DNA of 64,000 nucleotides from an uncultured bacterium (GTDB lineage Bacteria; Patescibacteriota; JABMPQ01; CAVVCK01): NCBI GenBank assembly GCA_963746775.1, contig CAVVCK010000002.1, positions 431,656 to 495,655 of the forward strand, read 5' to 3'. Shown piece by piece: positions 34,765 to 43,615 of this stretch (position 1 is its first letter; each line of letters starts with the position of its first letter). The notes under the pieces were generated by a model. It saw only the letters and a program-made list of their open reading frames with translations, ran no database searches and was not told where the DNA came from. The position numbers and the translations under genes were made by a program.

Positions 34765-35550
34765 TTATTTTGTATTTGCTTTTTGAGATTTAATTTCATC
34801 AGTTCTCTCAATCACCTTTACAAAATCCTCTGCCTTTAAACTTACTCCTCCCCCCAACACACCATCAGCATCTTCTTTTGCCATGAATTCTTCAATATTA
34901 TCTGGCGTAACGCTGCCTCCATACAAAATTCTAACTTTATTTGATATCCCTGCACTATATCTTTCAGCAATAATTTTTCTAATTAGTTGTAATACCTTTT
35001 CTGCATCTTCTCCTGTAGCAGCCTTGCCAGTACCTATAGCCCAAACAGGTTCATAGGCTATAATTGTTTTTTCGATTTGTTCTTTATTCAAACCGCTAAT
35101 AGCAGCCTCTAATTGATTCTGAATTATTTTATTAGTTTTATTCTCTTTTCTTTCTTCTTCTTTTTCCCCCACGCATATCACAGGAATTAAATTATTTTTA
35201 AAAGCTGATTTAGCCTTTTTGTTTACCTCCTCATTTTTCTCGCCAAAAATATGTCGCCTTTCAGAATGACCTAAAATTACATAATAACAGCCTATTTCTT
35301 TTATTTGTGCTCCGGATACTGCTCCAGTAAAAGCACCTTTATCTTCAAAATACATATCCTGTGCTCCTAGCTTTATATAGTCAGGCTTTATTTTGGATAC
35401 TTCAAATAAATGAGGATAAGAAGGGCAGACCGCTATTTCAACATTGCCCTTAAAATCAAAAAGTGAATCCCTTAAATCTGTAATTAATTTTAAACTTTCA
35501 GATAAATTTAGTTGCATTTTCCAGTTACCCATAATAAGTGGTTTACGCAT
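34765..35550 (-). CDS. tpiA: Triosephosphate isomerase
   Basis: GNWKM, ILGHSERR, AYEPVWAIGTG. Confidence 0.95.
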   Translation of the reverse strand: MRKPLIMGNWKMQLNLSESLKLITDLRDSLFDFKGNVEIAVCPSYPHLFEVSKIKPDYIKLGAQDMYFEDKGAFTGAVSGAQIKEIGCYYVILGHSERRHIFGEKNEEVNKKAKSAFKNNLIPVICVGEKEEERKENKTNKIIQNQLEAAISGLNKEQIEKTIIAYEPVWAIGTGKAATGEDAEKVLQLIRKIIAERYSAGISNKVRILYGGSVTPDNIEEFMAKEDADGVLGGGVSLKAEDFVKVIERTDEIKSQKANTK

Positions 35551-35580
35551 ATGATTGTAGAAATTAATTATTTAAAAATT

Positions 35581-35666
35581 TGATATTTGCAATAGAAACT
35601 TGGAATTAGAAAATAGTTATATACTAATTTCATTTTTCCAATTTCCATTACCAATTTCTAATATCC
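35581..35666. repeat. Family-A word hairpin, copy A2
   Basis: AATAGAAACTTGGAATTAGAAAATAG...CCAATTTCCATTACCAATTTCTAATATCC. Confidence 0.55.
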
Positions 35667-35685
35667 AAACAGCTATTTTCAATTA

Positions 35686-36189
35686 TTATTTTAAAGAATC
35701 AATTGAAATTCCTACTCCTCTTGTTACTAACACAACTATTATTCCAGCAAACATAAGTCCAATAAAAATTAAAGGTAATGCTTTCTTAGCTGGTATACCA
35801 AAAACAAAAGAGGCTAGTGCTCCGCTCCACCCACCTGTTACAGGTAAAGGTATAGCTACAAAAGCGATTAAGGCTAGCGCTCCCCATTTTTCAAATTTTT
35901 CCGTGTGTTTTTTTCTAGTCTTTTCAAAAAGCCAATTAAATATTTTATTAAATATCTTAAATTTAGCCATCAAAAATTTGGAAACTGGTTCTAAAAATAA
36001 TAATATAATAGCCACAATCAGAGTATTTCCTAAAACTGAATAAAAATAAGCCCAATACCAAGACATATTATAAACAGTAATAGCAATTGGAATTGATGCG
36101 CGAAGTTCTCCTATAGGAATCATGGCAATCAGAAGGGTCGCTAATTCCTCGGGAAAATTTTGGAATAATGAAATATAGTCTAGATGCAT
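35686..36189 (-). CDS. Small integral membrane protein of the putative small multidrug export (Sm_multidrug_ex) type
   Basis: 167 aa. IAMIPIGELRASIPIAI motif. Confidence 0.6.
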   Translation of the reverse strand: MHLDYISLFQNFPEELATLLIAMIPIGELRASIPIAITVYNMSWYWAYFYSVLGNTLIVAIILLFLEPVSKFLMAKFKIFNKIFNWLFEKTRKKHTEKFEKWGALALIAFVAIPLPVTGGWSGALASFVFGIPAKKALPLIFIGLMFAGIIVVLVTRGVGISIDSLK

Positions 36190-36194
36190 TTATA

Positions 36195-36226
36195 TTATTT
36201 TGTTCTTGTGTTATGTTGTTATTTTG
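36195..36226. repeat. 32-nt motif TTATTTTGTTCTTGTGTTATGTTGTTATTTTG (paralogue of 25433-25464)
   Basis: Overlaps the stop and last two codons of the GT2 gene. Confidence 0.8.
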
Positions 36227-36959
36227 AACTTTTATACGCTCCTGTCCAAAGCCACCATCTAACTTTGAATAAATCTTTGAATACGCTTAAATAAGAAGAT
36301 AAATTTACCTTGCTACCTGCCATATCATGCCAAGTAACAGGTTCTTCAGCTATCTTATATCCAAATTTGCGAGCAAGTGCCAATATTTCTATATCAAATC
36401 CCCAACCACCTAATTTTTGTACGTTGAAAATTTTATCAACCGCGCTGGCACTAAATAATTTAAAACCACATTGAGTATCATAAATTCCAGGTACTGCCAC
36501 TATTTGAATTAAGATATTACCCATCTTGCCTGCAAGCTCTTTATACCAAGGCTGTGCTTTATCTAATTTGGCTCCCCTGGTATCACGCGATCCAATCACT
36601 ACATCATAACCTTTATCAATTTGTGGCCAAAAATGATCTAATTCATTAATCTTAGTAGCATTATCTGCATCCATAAACATCACATATTGTCCCTGTGCTT
36701 TTAGAAATCCTTTTTTAACTGCTCCACCTTTACCAGGCACTCCTGGTCCTAAATCTAGGAGATTTAAATTAGCAATATTTTGTTTTTCCCTTTCAATAAT
36801 TTTATCAGTATTATCAGTACAATTATTGGCAATAACCATTATTTCATAACTATAATTTTGCCTTTTTAAATATTCATCAACTGATTTTAAGGTTGGAACT
36901 ATTCTTTCACCTTCATTATAGGCCGGAATTACTACGGAAAGTTTTATTTGATCTGGCAT
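36219..36959 (-). CDS. GT2 polyprenyl-phosphate glycosyltransferase (dolichyl-phosphate glucosyl/mannosyltransferase-like)
   Basis: LSVVIPAYNEGERI, FMDADN. Confidence 0.85.
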   Translation of the reverse strand: MPDQIKLSVVIPAYNEGERIVPTLKSVDEYLKRQNYSYEIMVIANNCTDNTDKIIEREKQNIANLNLLDLGPGVPGKGGAVKKGFLKAQGQYVMFMDADNATKINELDHFWPQIDKGYDVVIGSRDTRGAKLDKAQPWYKELAGKMGNILIQIVAVPGIYDTQCGFKLFSASAVDKIFNVQKLGGWGFDIEILALARKFGYKIAEEPVTWHDMAGSKVNLSSYLSVFKDLFKVRWWLWTGAYKSSK

Positions 36960-36972
36960 TTGTTTTTTTATT

Positions 36973-37073
36973 CCCCTCCTTTAATAAGGAGGGGTAGGGG
37001 AGGTTTCGTGGGTACAAAAATACTGTTATTTTATCCACGGAATCCCTCTTAATCTCCCCTTATTAAAAGAGGG
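36973..37073. repeat. GC-rich composite inverted repeat (CCCCTCC words)
   Basis: CCCCTCCTT taat AAGGAGGGG (9 bp perfect), CGTGG...CCACG, CCCTCTT...AAGAGGG. Confidence 0.6.
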
Positions 37074-37076
37074 AAA

Positions 37077-37478
37077 TTATATTTTATCTAAATACGCTTG
37101 TAATATATAATAAGCTGCCATCTGATCTTTATCAATGTTGTTAGCAATTTCCCCATTCTTAATCAATTTTTCTGCTTCAACTGTAGTTAACCTCTCGTCT
37201 GCTAATATTATTTTAACATTAATATTATTTTTTAGAAAATCACTAAACCTTTTAACTTTTTCTACTTGTATTCCCACCTCTCCAGATAACATAAAAGGAT
37301 TACCAATAATAATCTCTTCTACATTTTCTTTCTGACAAATTTCTTTTATTTGGCTAAAAATATACTTCTTACCCCTATTTTCTAGAGTTTTATAGGGTTT
37401 GGCAATAACTTGAGATTCATCCGACATAGCCAGACCAATACGGACATCACCAAAATCGATTGATAAAATTCGAGACAT
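37077..37478 (-). CDS. ruvX: YqgF/RuvX putative pre-16S rRNA nuclease / Holliday junction resolvase-like
   Basis: MSRILSIDFGDVRIGLAMSD. Confidence 0.85.
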   Translation of the reverse strand: MSRILSIDFGDVRIGLAMSDESQVIAKPYKTLENRGKKYIFSQIKEICQKENVEEIIIGNPFMLSGEVGIQVEKVKRFSDFLKNNINVKIILADERLTTVEAEKLIKNGEIANNIDKDQMAAYYILQAYLDKI

Positions 37479-37489
37479 ATTTTTTTATA

Positions 37490-37644
37490 ACCAATTTACT
37501 AAGAAACAAGATACAAACAAATTTCAATTTCTAAATAATCAATAATCAAGCATTTTGTAATTTAGGATTTGCAATTTGTTTGCAGTTTGTATTTTTTTAT
37601 TTGAGGTTTGTTTGGTTTATTACATTTTGTATTCTTGTATCTTT
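37490..37644. repeat. ACAA/TTGT-word inverted repeat spacer
   Basis: AAGAAACAAGATACAAACAAATTTC on the left and ACATTTTGTATTCTTGTATCTTTC on the right. Imperfect. Confidence 0.35.
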
Positions 37645-38391
37645 CTAATTTATTGTTAATATTTCATACCCTCCATCAACCACCGCCACCGTATGTTCAA
37701 AATGCGCTGATAAACTTCCATCTTTAGTTACAAATGTCCAGCCATCATCAAATAATTTTACCTCATAGCTACCGATATTTACCATGGGTTCAATCGCAAT
37801 TACCATTCCTTTCTTTAACATCGGACCCCTACCTTTGACTCCAAAATTGGGAATTTGTGGATCTTCGTGAACTGCCCGACCTACTCCATGTCCAACTAAT
37901 TCTCGCACCACAGAATAACCATTTGCTTCCACATAAGATTGTACTGCATTGCCAATATCACCTACTTTACTTCCTGGTCTGACTTGATCAATGCCTAAAT
38001 TCAAAGAATCCCTAGTTACATTAATTAATTTCTCCGCTTCTTTAGAAATATTTCCTACCCCTATAGTTCTTGCCATATCAGTAAAATAATCTTTGTAACA
38101 CAAACCAAAGTCTATACCGATAATATCACCATCTTCTAAAATTTCATCTCGAGGAATACCATGAACCACTTTGTCATTTACAGATGTGCAAACACTGGCT
38201 GGATAGCCTCTATATCCCCTGAATGATGGCTTAGCCCCATATTCTTCTGTTAATTGAGTAGCTTTATTATCTATATCTATAGTTGCTATTCCCGGAACTA
38301 CCATTTCCTCCAATTCATCCATTACACTGGCTAAAATCTTGCCCCCTTCTCTAATTAATTCTATTTCTTTATCAGATTTTATTATTATCAT
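37645..38391 (-). CDS. map: Methionine aminopeptidase type I
   Basis: 248 aa. VCHGIP-like VVHGIP, DIGLCYKDYFTD, HFEHTV. Confidence 0.92.
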   Translation of the reverse strand: MIIIKSDKEIELIREGGKILASVMDELEEMVVPGIATIDIDNKATQLTEEYGAKPSFRGYRGYPASVCTSVNDKVVHGIPRDEILEDGDIIGIDFGLCYKDYFTDMARTIGVGNISKEAEKLINVTRDSLNLGIDQVRPGSKVGDIGNAVQSYVEANGYSVVRELVGHGVGRAVHEDPQIPNFGVKGRGPMLKKGMVIAIEPMVNIGSYEVKLFDDGWTFVTKDGSLSAHFEHTVAVVDGGYEILTIN

Positions 38392-38403
38392 ATTTTCAAA
38401 ATT

Positions 38404-38434
38404 AAGAAAGCCACTTTAATGGCTTTCTTTTTTT
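38404..38434. terminator. Stem-loop AAGAAAGCCA ctttaa TGGCTTTCTT + T-run between adk and map
   Basis: Read directly. The T-run overlaps the adk stop codon. Confidence 0.5.
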
Positions 38435-39107
38435 ATATATATTCCTGTAAATTTCTTAAAATCTCATTTTGTACTTCCTGTTGATCATTCTCACCATTTA
38501 TAGTAATTAATGCACCTTTCTTTCTATACATTTCAAGTACTGGGTCCAAATCTTTATGTCCCCATTCTAATCTTTTTTTAATCATTTCTGGCTGATCATC
38601 TTCTCTCATAATTAGCTCCACTTCATTACAACTTTTGCATTTCTGACTTTTACTGCCATTAGAAATATAAATTTCTTTACAAGCCGGACAAATTCTTCTT
38701 CTTGATAATCTTTTAATAGCCTCGGTATCAGATATTTTTATATGTAAAACTAATAGATTATATTTTTCAATACCTATTTCTTCTAATATTTTATCTAAAT
38801 TTTCTGCCTGAATCAATGTCCTTGGGAAACCATCCAAAACTACATTAGAATCATCTTTTACTTCTAAAATTTTCTCTTTTAATAATTTTGTGGAAATATG
38901 ATCTGGGACTAATTCACCTTTTATATTTATTATTTCATTGATTTTCCTGCCTAATTCAGTATCGCTAGCTGCTTCAGTTCTTAACATATCGCCCATTACT
39001 AAATAGGTATAATCTATTTTATCTCTAAGCATTTTTGCTTGAGTACCCTTTCCTGAACCAGAAAGACCGGAAAGGATGATGAATAAAGGCTTTTTTGTTT
39101 TAGACAT
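38433..39107 (-). CDS. adk: Adenylate kinase (zinc-lid type)
   Basis: GLSGSGKGTQ. Lid region CPACKEIY...CKSCN. Confidence 0.9.
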   Translation of the reverse strand: MSKTKKPLFIILSGLSGSGKGTQAKMLRDKIDYTYLVMGDMLRTEAASDTELGRKINEIINIKGELVPDHISTKLLKEKILEVKDDSNVVLDGFPRTLIQAENLDKILEEIGIEKYNLLVLHIKISDTEAIKRLSRRRICPACKEIYISNGSKSQKCKSCNEVELIMREDDQPEMIKKRLEWGHKDLDPVLEMYRKKGALITINGENDQQEVQNEILRNLQEYI

Positions 39108-39149
39108 TTTTTCTATATATAAATATAATTATGTATTTAATTACATTTT

Positions 39150-39263
39150 AAATTTCTAATACCTAATATCCAATTTCTAATAAAATTTCCAATGATTGAA
39201 TGTCTAATTGAACATTAGTAATTTGTCATTTTCTTGGAAATTGTTAATTGGTAATTGAGAATT
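39150..39263. repeat. Family-A word hairpin, copy A3
   Basis: AAATTTCTAATACCTAATATCCAATTTCTAATAAAATTTCCAATGA...TCATTTTCTTGGAAATTGTTAATTGGTAATTGAGAATT. Confidence 0.55.
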
Positions 39264-39323
39264 ATAAAATAAAAATTTACACAAACATTCAAAAAATCAA
39301 ATAGTTTCTATTAACACTCAAAT

Positions 39324-40604
39324 TTAATAAAAACTTTCATAATCTCTCATCACTAATTGCGACTCAATTTGCTTTACAGTTTCCAAGACAACACTTACTA
39401 CAATTAATATACCTGTACCACCAATAGTTAATCCCGGAATATTAAATACTCCTTGTACTATAAATGGTAAAACAGCTACAAAACCTAAAAACAAAGCTCC
39501 AGCTAGAGTTATTCTACTTAGTGTTTTTTGTAAATATTCCGAAGTTAATCGTCCCGGTCTGATACCTGGCACAAAACCTCCTTGTTTTTGAATATTTTCA
39601 GAAATATTTTTTGGATCAAAGGTAACTGCAGTATAGAAATATGTAAAGAAAAACACTAAAATAAAATATAATACTCCATAAAATATTTGGTTCTGGAACA
39701 AATCAACAATATTTTGAGAAATAGTTTTAAGTAAGTTATTATCCGAATTTACAAAAAAATTACCTACCATGCCAGGGAAGATCATAATTGATAAGGCAAA
39801 AATAATTGGAATAACACCAGCTTGATTAACTCGAAGCGGCAAATGCGTAGAAGTTCCTCCATACATTTTCATACCTCTTACTCTTCTAGCATAGTTTATG
39901 GGTATATTTCTTTGTCCTTCGGTAATAAAAACAATACCAGCAATAACTATAACGGCGATAGCTGCGAAAATACCCATATTAAATACTTTAGAAGCATCAA
40001 AATCTACCAAAGCCTGTTGGATAGCTTTAGGAATACTAGATACAATACCAGCAAATATTATCAAAGACACTCCATTACCTATTCCTTTCTCGGTAATAAG
40101 CTCTCCTAACCACATTAGAAATATAGTACCACCAGCTAAAGTAATTATGGTTGTAATTAATTGAAAGATAGATAATTCTCCTAAGATATTTTGTCCTGCC
40201 CTTTGCAATAAATTGATCATAGCATAAGCCTGTAAGCAAGCTAGGGGAACGGTCAGGTATCTAGTTATCATATTGATCTTACGCCTACCAACTTCTCCTT
40301 CTTCTTTCTGTAACTTTTCTAACCTAGGAACAACCATAACGAGTAGCTGCATTATAATTGAAGCAGTAATATAAGGACCAACACCCAAGGCTACTACAGA
40401 AAAATTTTTCATGCCTCCTCCAGAAAACATATTCAATAGACCCAATATTTGATTACTTTGAAAAAAATTTTTAAGGTTTTCAATATCTACTCCAGGAACA
40501 GGAATATGTGCTCCTAATCTGAAGACTACTAACAAAGAAAAAACAAAAAATATCTTTTTTCTAAGATCTTTTATACTAAATATTTGTAATATTTTTTTCC
40601 ACAC
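39324..40604 (-). CDS. secY: Preprotein translocase SecY (GTG start)
   Basis: 426 aa, 10 TM helices. Sits in the conserved position after L15. Confidence 0.93.
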   Translation of the reverse strand: MWKKILQIFSIKDLRKKIFFVFSLLVVFRLGAHIPVPGVDIENLKNFFQSNQILGLLNMFSGGGMKNFSVVALGVGPYITASIIMQLLVMVVPRLEKLQKEEGEVGRRKINMITRYLTVPLACLQAYAMINLLQRAGQNILGELSIFQLITTIITLAGGTIFLMWLGELITEKGIGNGVSLIIFAGIVSSIPKAIQQALVDFDASKVFNMGIFAAIAVIVIAGIVFITEGQRNIPINYARRVRGMKMYGGTSTHLPLRVNQAGVIPIIFALSIMIFPGMVGNFFVNSDNNLLKTISQNIVDLFQNQIFYGVLYFILVFFFTYFYTAVTFDPKNISENIQKQGGFVPGIRPGRLTSEYLQKTLSRITLAGALFLGFVAVLPFIVQGVFNIPGLTIGGTGILIVVSVVLETVKQIESQLVMRDYESFY

Positions 40605-40663
40605 TATGATTAAAAGTTAAACGTAGGTCATTAAATGTATAAATAATTTTAAACAGATTCGTT

Positions 40664-41377
40664 TTATTCTTTTGGCTTACTCTTATTAACATCACTGCCT
40701 TTTGACACACACCACCACCAAAAGTTAAACCTTTCACTACCATCAGGTTCAGGTATTAATCTTTGCCGAGCTTCATTTATTAAATATATATAATTTTTTC
40801 TCCCATTCTTGGCTATATTTTCTTCCATAGCATGATCATAATCAAGGATACTTAAATATTGTTTGGCATGAATATCCATTTTAGAAGCTTTTGCTCCTGC
40901 TTGCCATCTACCTAGCCATACCTCCATTTCCCTATAGAAATATTCAACTTTATTTCTCTCTTTCATCATCATTATAATGTCTTCCTTGGAATCATTACCC
41001 ATATTCTCAATATACATTTTATATTTTTCGAAACTATCATCTAAATAAACTCTGATATAATCTACAATTTCATCTATTCTAATCTCATCAAAAATATCAT
41101 ACAATTTTTTATAAAGTTCACTCGCTTCTTTTTTTCTAGTATCAAATTCTTCTTTGTTTATTACTTTATTGGGAATACCGTGTAATTTAACAAAATAATC
41201 AAATTCATTGCTTAACTTTTGCCCTAAATATAAACATTCCGGTAACTCTTTATATTCTAAAGAAGCACTTGAAATATTTTGTTTTAAATCTAATATTGTT
41301 TCAAGTATCAATAGCCAGTCTTTTTTTATCTGGCTCAGCTCTTCATCGGATAAAATCTTTTTTCCGACTGTGTACAT
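40664..41377 (-). CDS. Hypothetical 237-aa protein inserted between rplO and secY
   Basis: ORF only. No family recognised. C-terminus reads RFNFWWWCVSKG. Confidence 0.6.
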   Translation of the reverse strand: MYTVGKKILSDEELSQIKKDWLLILETILDLKQNISSASLEYKELPECLYLGQKLSNEFDYFVKLHGIPNKVINKEEFDTRKKEASELYKKLYDIFDEIRIDEIVDYIRVYLDDSFEKYKMYIENMGNDSKEDIIMMMKERNKVEYFYREMEVWLGRWQAGAKASKMDIHAKQYLSILDYDHAMEENIAKNGRKNYIYLINEARQRLIPEPDGSERFNFWWWCVSKGSDVNKSKPKE

Positions 41378-41438
41378 GGATTAGATGTTATATATGAGAT
41401 ATTAAATGTTAGACTTATAAACACCTACATTTAATAAT

Positions 41439-41930
41439 TTAAGATGCTTTTTTGCTTTTTGAAGCTTTTCTTTCTTTTTTCTTTAATTCAATCTTCTTAA
41501 TTTCACCGCCAGCTTTTTTTATTTTATCTTCTGCACTTTTGGAAAAACTATCTACTTCAACTATTAATTTTTTATCTATATTACCTTCTCCTAAAATTTT
41601 TACTTTTATCTTAAGATTATCAATTAAACCAACTTTCAACAGATTCTCTTTACCTACATTATCACCGTCTTTAAACTTTTTTGCAAGACTAGCTATATTA
41701 ATAATTTCAGGTTTTTCGAAAATTGATTTAAAGCCTCTTTTCTTTGGGATTTGTGAAATTAAGCGAGTTCTGCCACCTTCAAAACCAGGCTTTCTCTTTG
41801 AACCTGATCTTGCTTTCTGACCTTTCATGCCTCTAGCAGAATAGGTACCTTTTCCAGAACCTAGTCCACGACCAACTCTTTTCCCCTTTCTTTTTATACC
41901 TTTGCTTGGTTTTAAATCATTTAATTTCAT
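41439..41930 (-). CDS. rplO: 50S ribosomal protein L15
   Basis: KRVGRGLGSGKGTYSARGMKGQKARSG. Confidence 0.95.
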   Translation of the reverse strand: MKLNDLKPSKGIKRKGKRVGRGLGSGKGTYSARGMKGQKARSGSKRKPGFEGGRTRLISQIPKKRGFKSIFEKPEIINIASLAKKFKDGDNVGKENLLKVGLIDNLKIKVKILGEGNIDKKLIVEVDSFSKSAEDKIKKAGGEIKKIELKKKERKASKSKKAS

Positions 41931-41956
41931 ATTTTAAGCTAATAATTATTTAAGTA

Positions 41957-42562
41957 TTATTTCTCAGTCTTTTGTAGTTTCTTAACATTCTTATCTATAG
42001 TTTTATTATCAACGCTAGAGGAACCATTCACTGATTTTTCTTTTTTAAGAAAATATGGAGCAATTTCTCTTAAGCCCTTGCCTCTCCCATCAGCAATTTC
42101 TTGAGGACTCCTAATATTACCTAGTATTTTAATAGCGGCTGTAACATTATTGATCTTATTATTAGAACCTAACATTTTTCCTGAAATATTTTTAATTCCT
42201 GCTAACTCCAAAACAGATCTGACAGCACCACCAGCGATAATACCAGTACCCTCGCTAGCAGGCATTAAAATAATTTTTGCACCTTTATATCTACCTTCAA
42301 CTTTATATGGAATCGTACCATTTACAACCGAAATATTAATTATTTTCTTTTTTGCTTGTAGAACTGCTTTCGATATTGCACCTGAAACATCATTACCTTT
42401 AGCAATGCCTATACCAACTCTGCCTTTTCTATCACCAATACAAATACAAGCTCTAAACCTAAATCTCTTTCCACCAGAAACAACTCTAGATACCCTAGCT
42501 AAATCAACTAGCTTTTGATCAAATTCTGGTTTTTTATCTCTTCTTTTTGAAAATTTCCTCAT
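41957..42562 (-). CDS. rpsE: 30S ribosomal protein S5 (with C-terminal extension)
   Basis: RVSRVVSGGKRFRFRACICIGD. Confidence 0.95.
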   Translation of the reverse strand: MRKFSKRRDKKPEFDQKLVDLARVSRVVSGGKRFRFRACICIGDRKGRVGIGIAKGNDVSGAISKAVLQAKKKIINISVVNGTIPYKVEGRYKGAKIILMPASEGTGIIAGGAVRSVLELAGIKNISGKMLGSNNKINNVTAAIKILGNIRSPQEIADGRGKGLREIAPYFLKKEKSVNGSSSVDNKTIDKNVKKLQKTEK

Positions 42563-42577
42563 AAAATTATTTAATCT

Positions 42578-42955
42578 TTAAAATTTTAACCCACCAGATC
42601 GAGCACCTTCAGCAAAAGCTCTAACTCTTCCTAAATATCTATATCCACCTCTATCAAATACAACTTCAACAATTTTTTTATCCTTAGCTTTCTTGGCAAT
42701 TAATTCTCCTAATTTTTTTGCTTTTTCGGTTTTATTTAACTTCTCGCTTTTTAATTCTTTATCTAAAACTGAAACTAGTGTTTTGCCATCTTCATCATCA
42801 ATGATCTGTGCGTAATTATTCATATTACTTTTGAAAAAAGATACTCTGGGTCTTTTGGCAGTACCAAAAACTTTACTTCTAATTCTAGTATGTCTTTTTA
42901 TTCTCTTTAATTTTTTAATCTTAGCTTGCTTTGTCTTCTTAAATCTTATTTTCAT
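42578..42955 (-). CDS. rplR: 50S ribosomal protein L18
   Basis: [26 protein letters not shown]. Confidence 0.95.
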   Translation of the reverse strand: MKIRFKKTKQAKIKKLKRIKRHTRIRSKVFGTAKRPRVSFFKSNMNNYAQIIDDEDGKTLVSVLDKELKSEKLNKTEKAKKLGELIAKKAKDKKIVEVVFDRGGYRYLGRVRAFAEGARSGGLKF

Positions 42956-42975
42956 TTTTTCTATACTAATTATTA

Positions 42976-43054
42976 CGATGCTAATATACTAATGCATACG
43001 AATCATACGAATGAATTATTAGTATAATTAGTATTCATTCGTATATTTGTATCG
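42976..43054. repeat. Family-C word hairpin (TACGAAT/ACTAAT words), copy C1, between rplF and rplR
   Basis: CGATGCTAATATACTAAT...TTAGTATTCATTCGTATATTTGTATCG. Inner 11-bp stem TACGAATGAAT/ATTCATTCGTA. Confidence 0.7.
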
Positions 43055-43058
43055 CCTA

Positions 43059-43598
43059 TTATGCTTCAGAAGCTGTAGCTTTTTTACCCTCTTTCTTTCT
43101 AACATGTTCATCAATATATCTAATCCCTTTACCTTTATATGGTTCAGGCGATCTCACTTCTCTTATTTCAGCGGAAATTTGCCCTACGAGCTGCTTATCA
43201 ATCCCTGAAATAATAATAATGTTTTTCTCAACTTTAAATTCAATTCCTGCTGGAGCCTCAATTTCTACTGGATTAGTATAACCAATTGTTATAACTAGCT
43301 TTTTACCTTGAATTTGCGCTTTATAACCAACACCAACAATTTCTAATTTCTTTTCAAAACCACGGACAACCCCTTCTACTAAATTACTAACAAGCTGCCT
43401 ATATGTACCCCACATGGCTTTCATTGCTTTATTCTTTAATGATACAATAATTTGTGAATCTTTCTTTTCAATTCCAACATTAGGATTTAAATCTAGTTTC
43501 AATTCTCCTTTTGGTCCTTTGCAAATAATATTGCTCTCTGTAATTTTTATTTCTACCCCTTCTGGAATTGTAATTGGTAGTTTTCCTATTCTAGACAT
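43059..43598 (-). CDS. rplF: 50S ribosomal protein L6
   Basis: MSRIGKLPITIPEGV. Confidence 0.95.
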   Translation of the reverse strand: MSRIGKLPITIPEGVEIKITESNIICKGPKGELKLDLNPNVGIEKKDSQIIVSLKNKAMKAMWGTYRQLVSNLVEGVVRGFEKKLEIVGVGYKAQIQGKKLVITIGYTNPVEIEAPAGIEFKVEKNIIIISGIDKQLVGQISAEIREVRSPEPYKGKGIRYIDEHVRKKEGKKATASEA

Positions 43599-43615
43599 AT
43601 TTTAAAAATATTCGT

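Noticed and set aside
35600-36043. Track ORF 35600..36043 (+), 147 aa.
   Set aside because: It is antisense to a well-supported membrane-protein gene and begins inside a family-A repeat. Its composition mirrors the opposite-strand codons.
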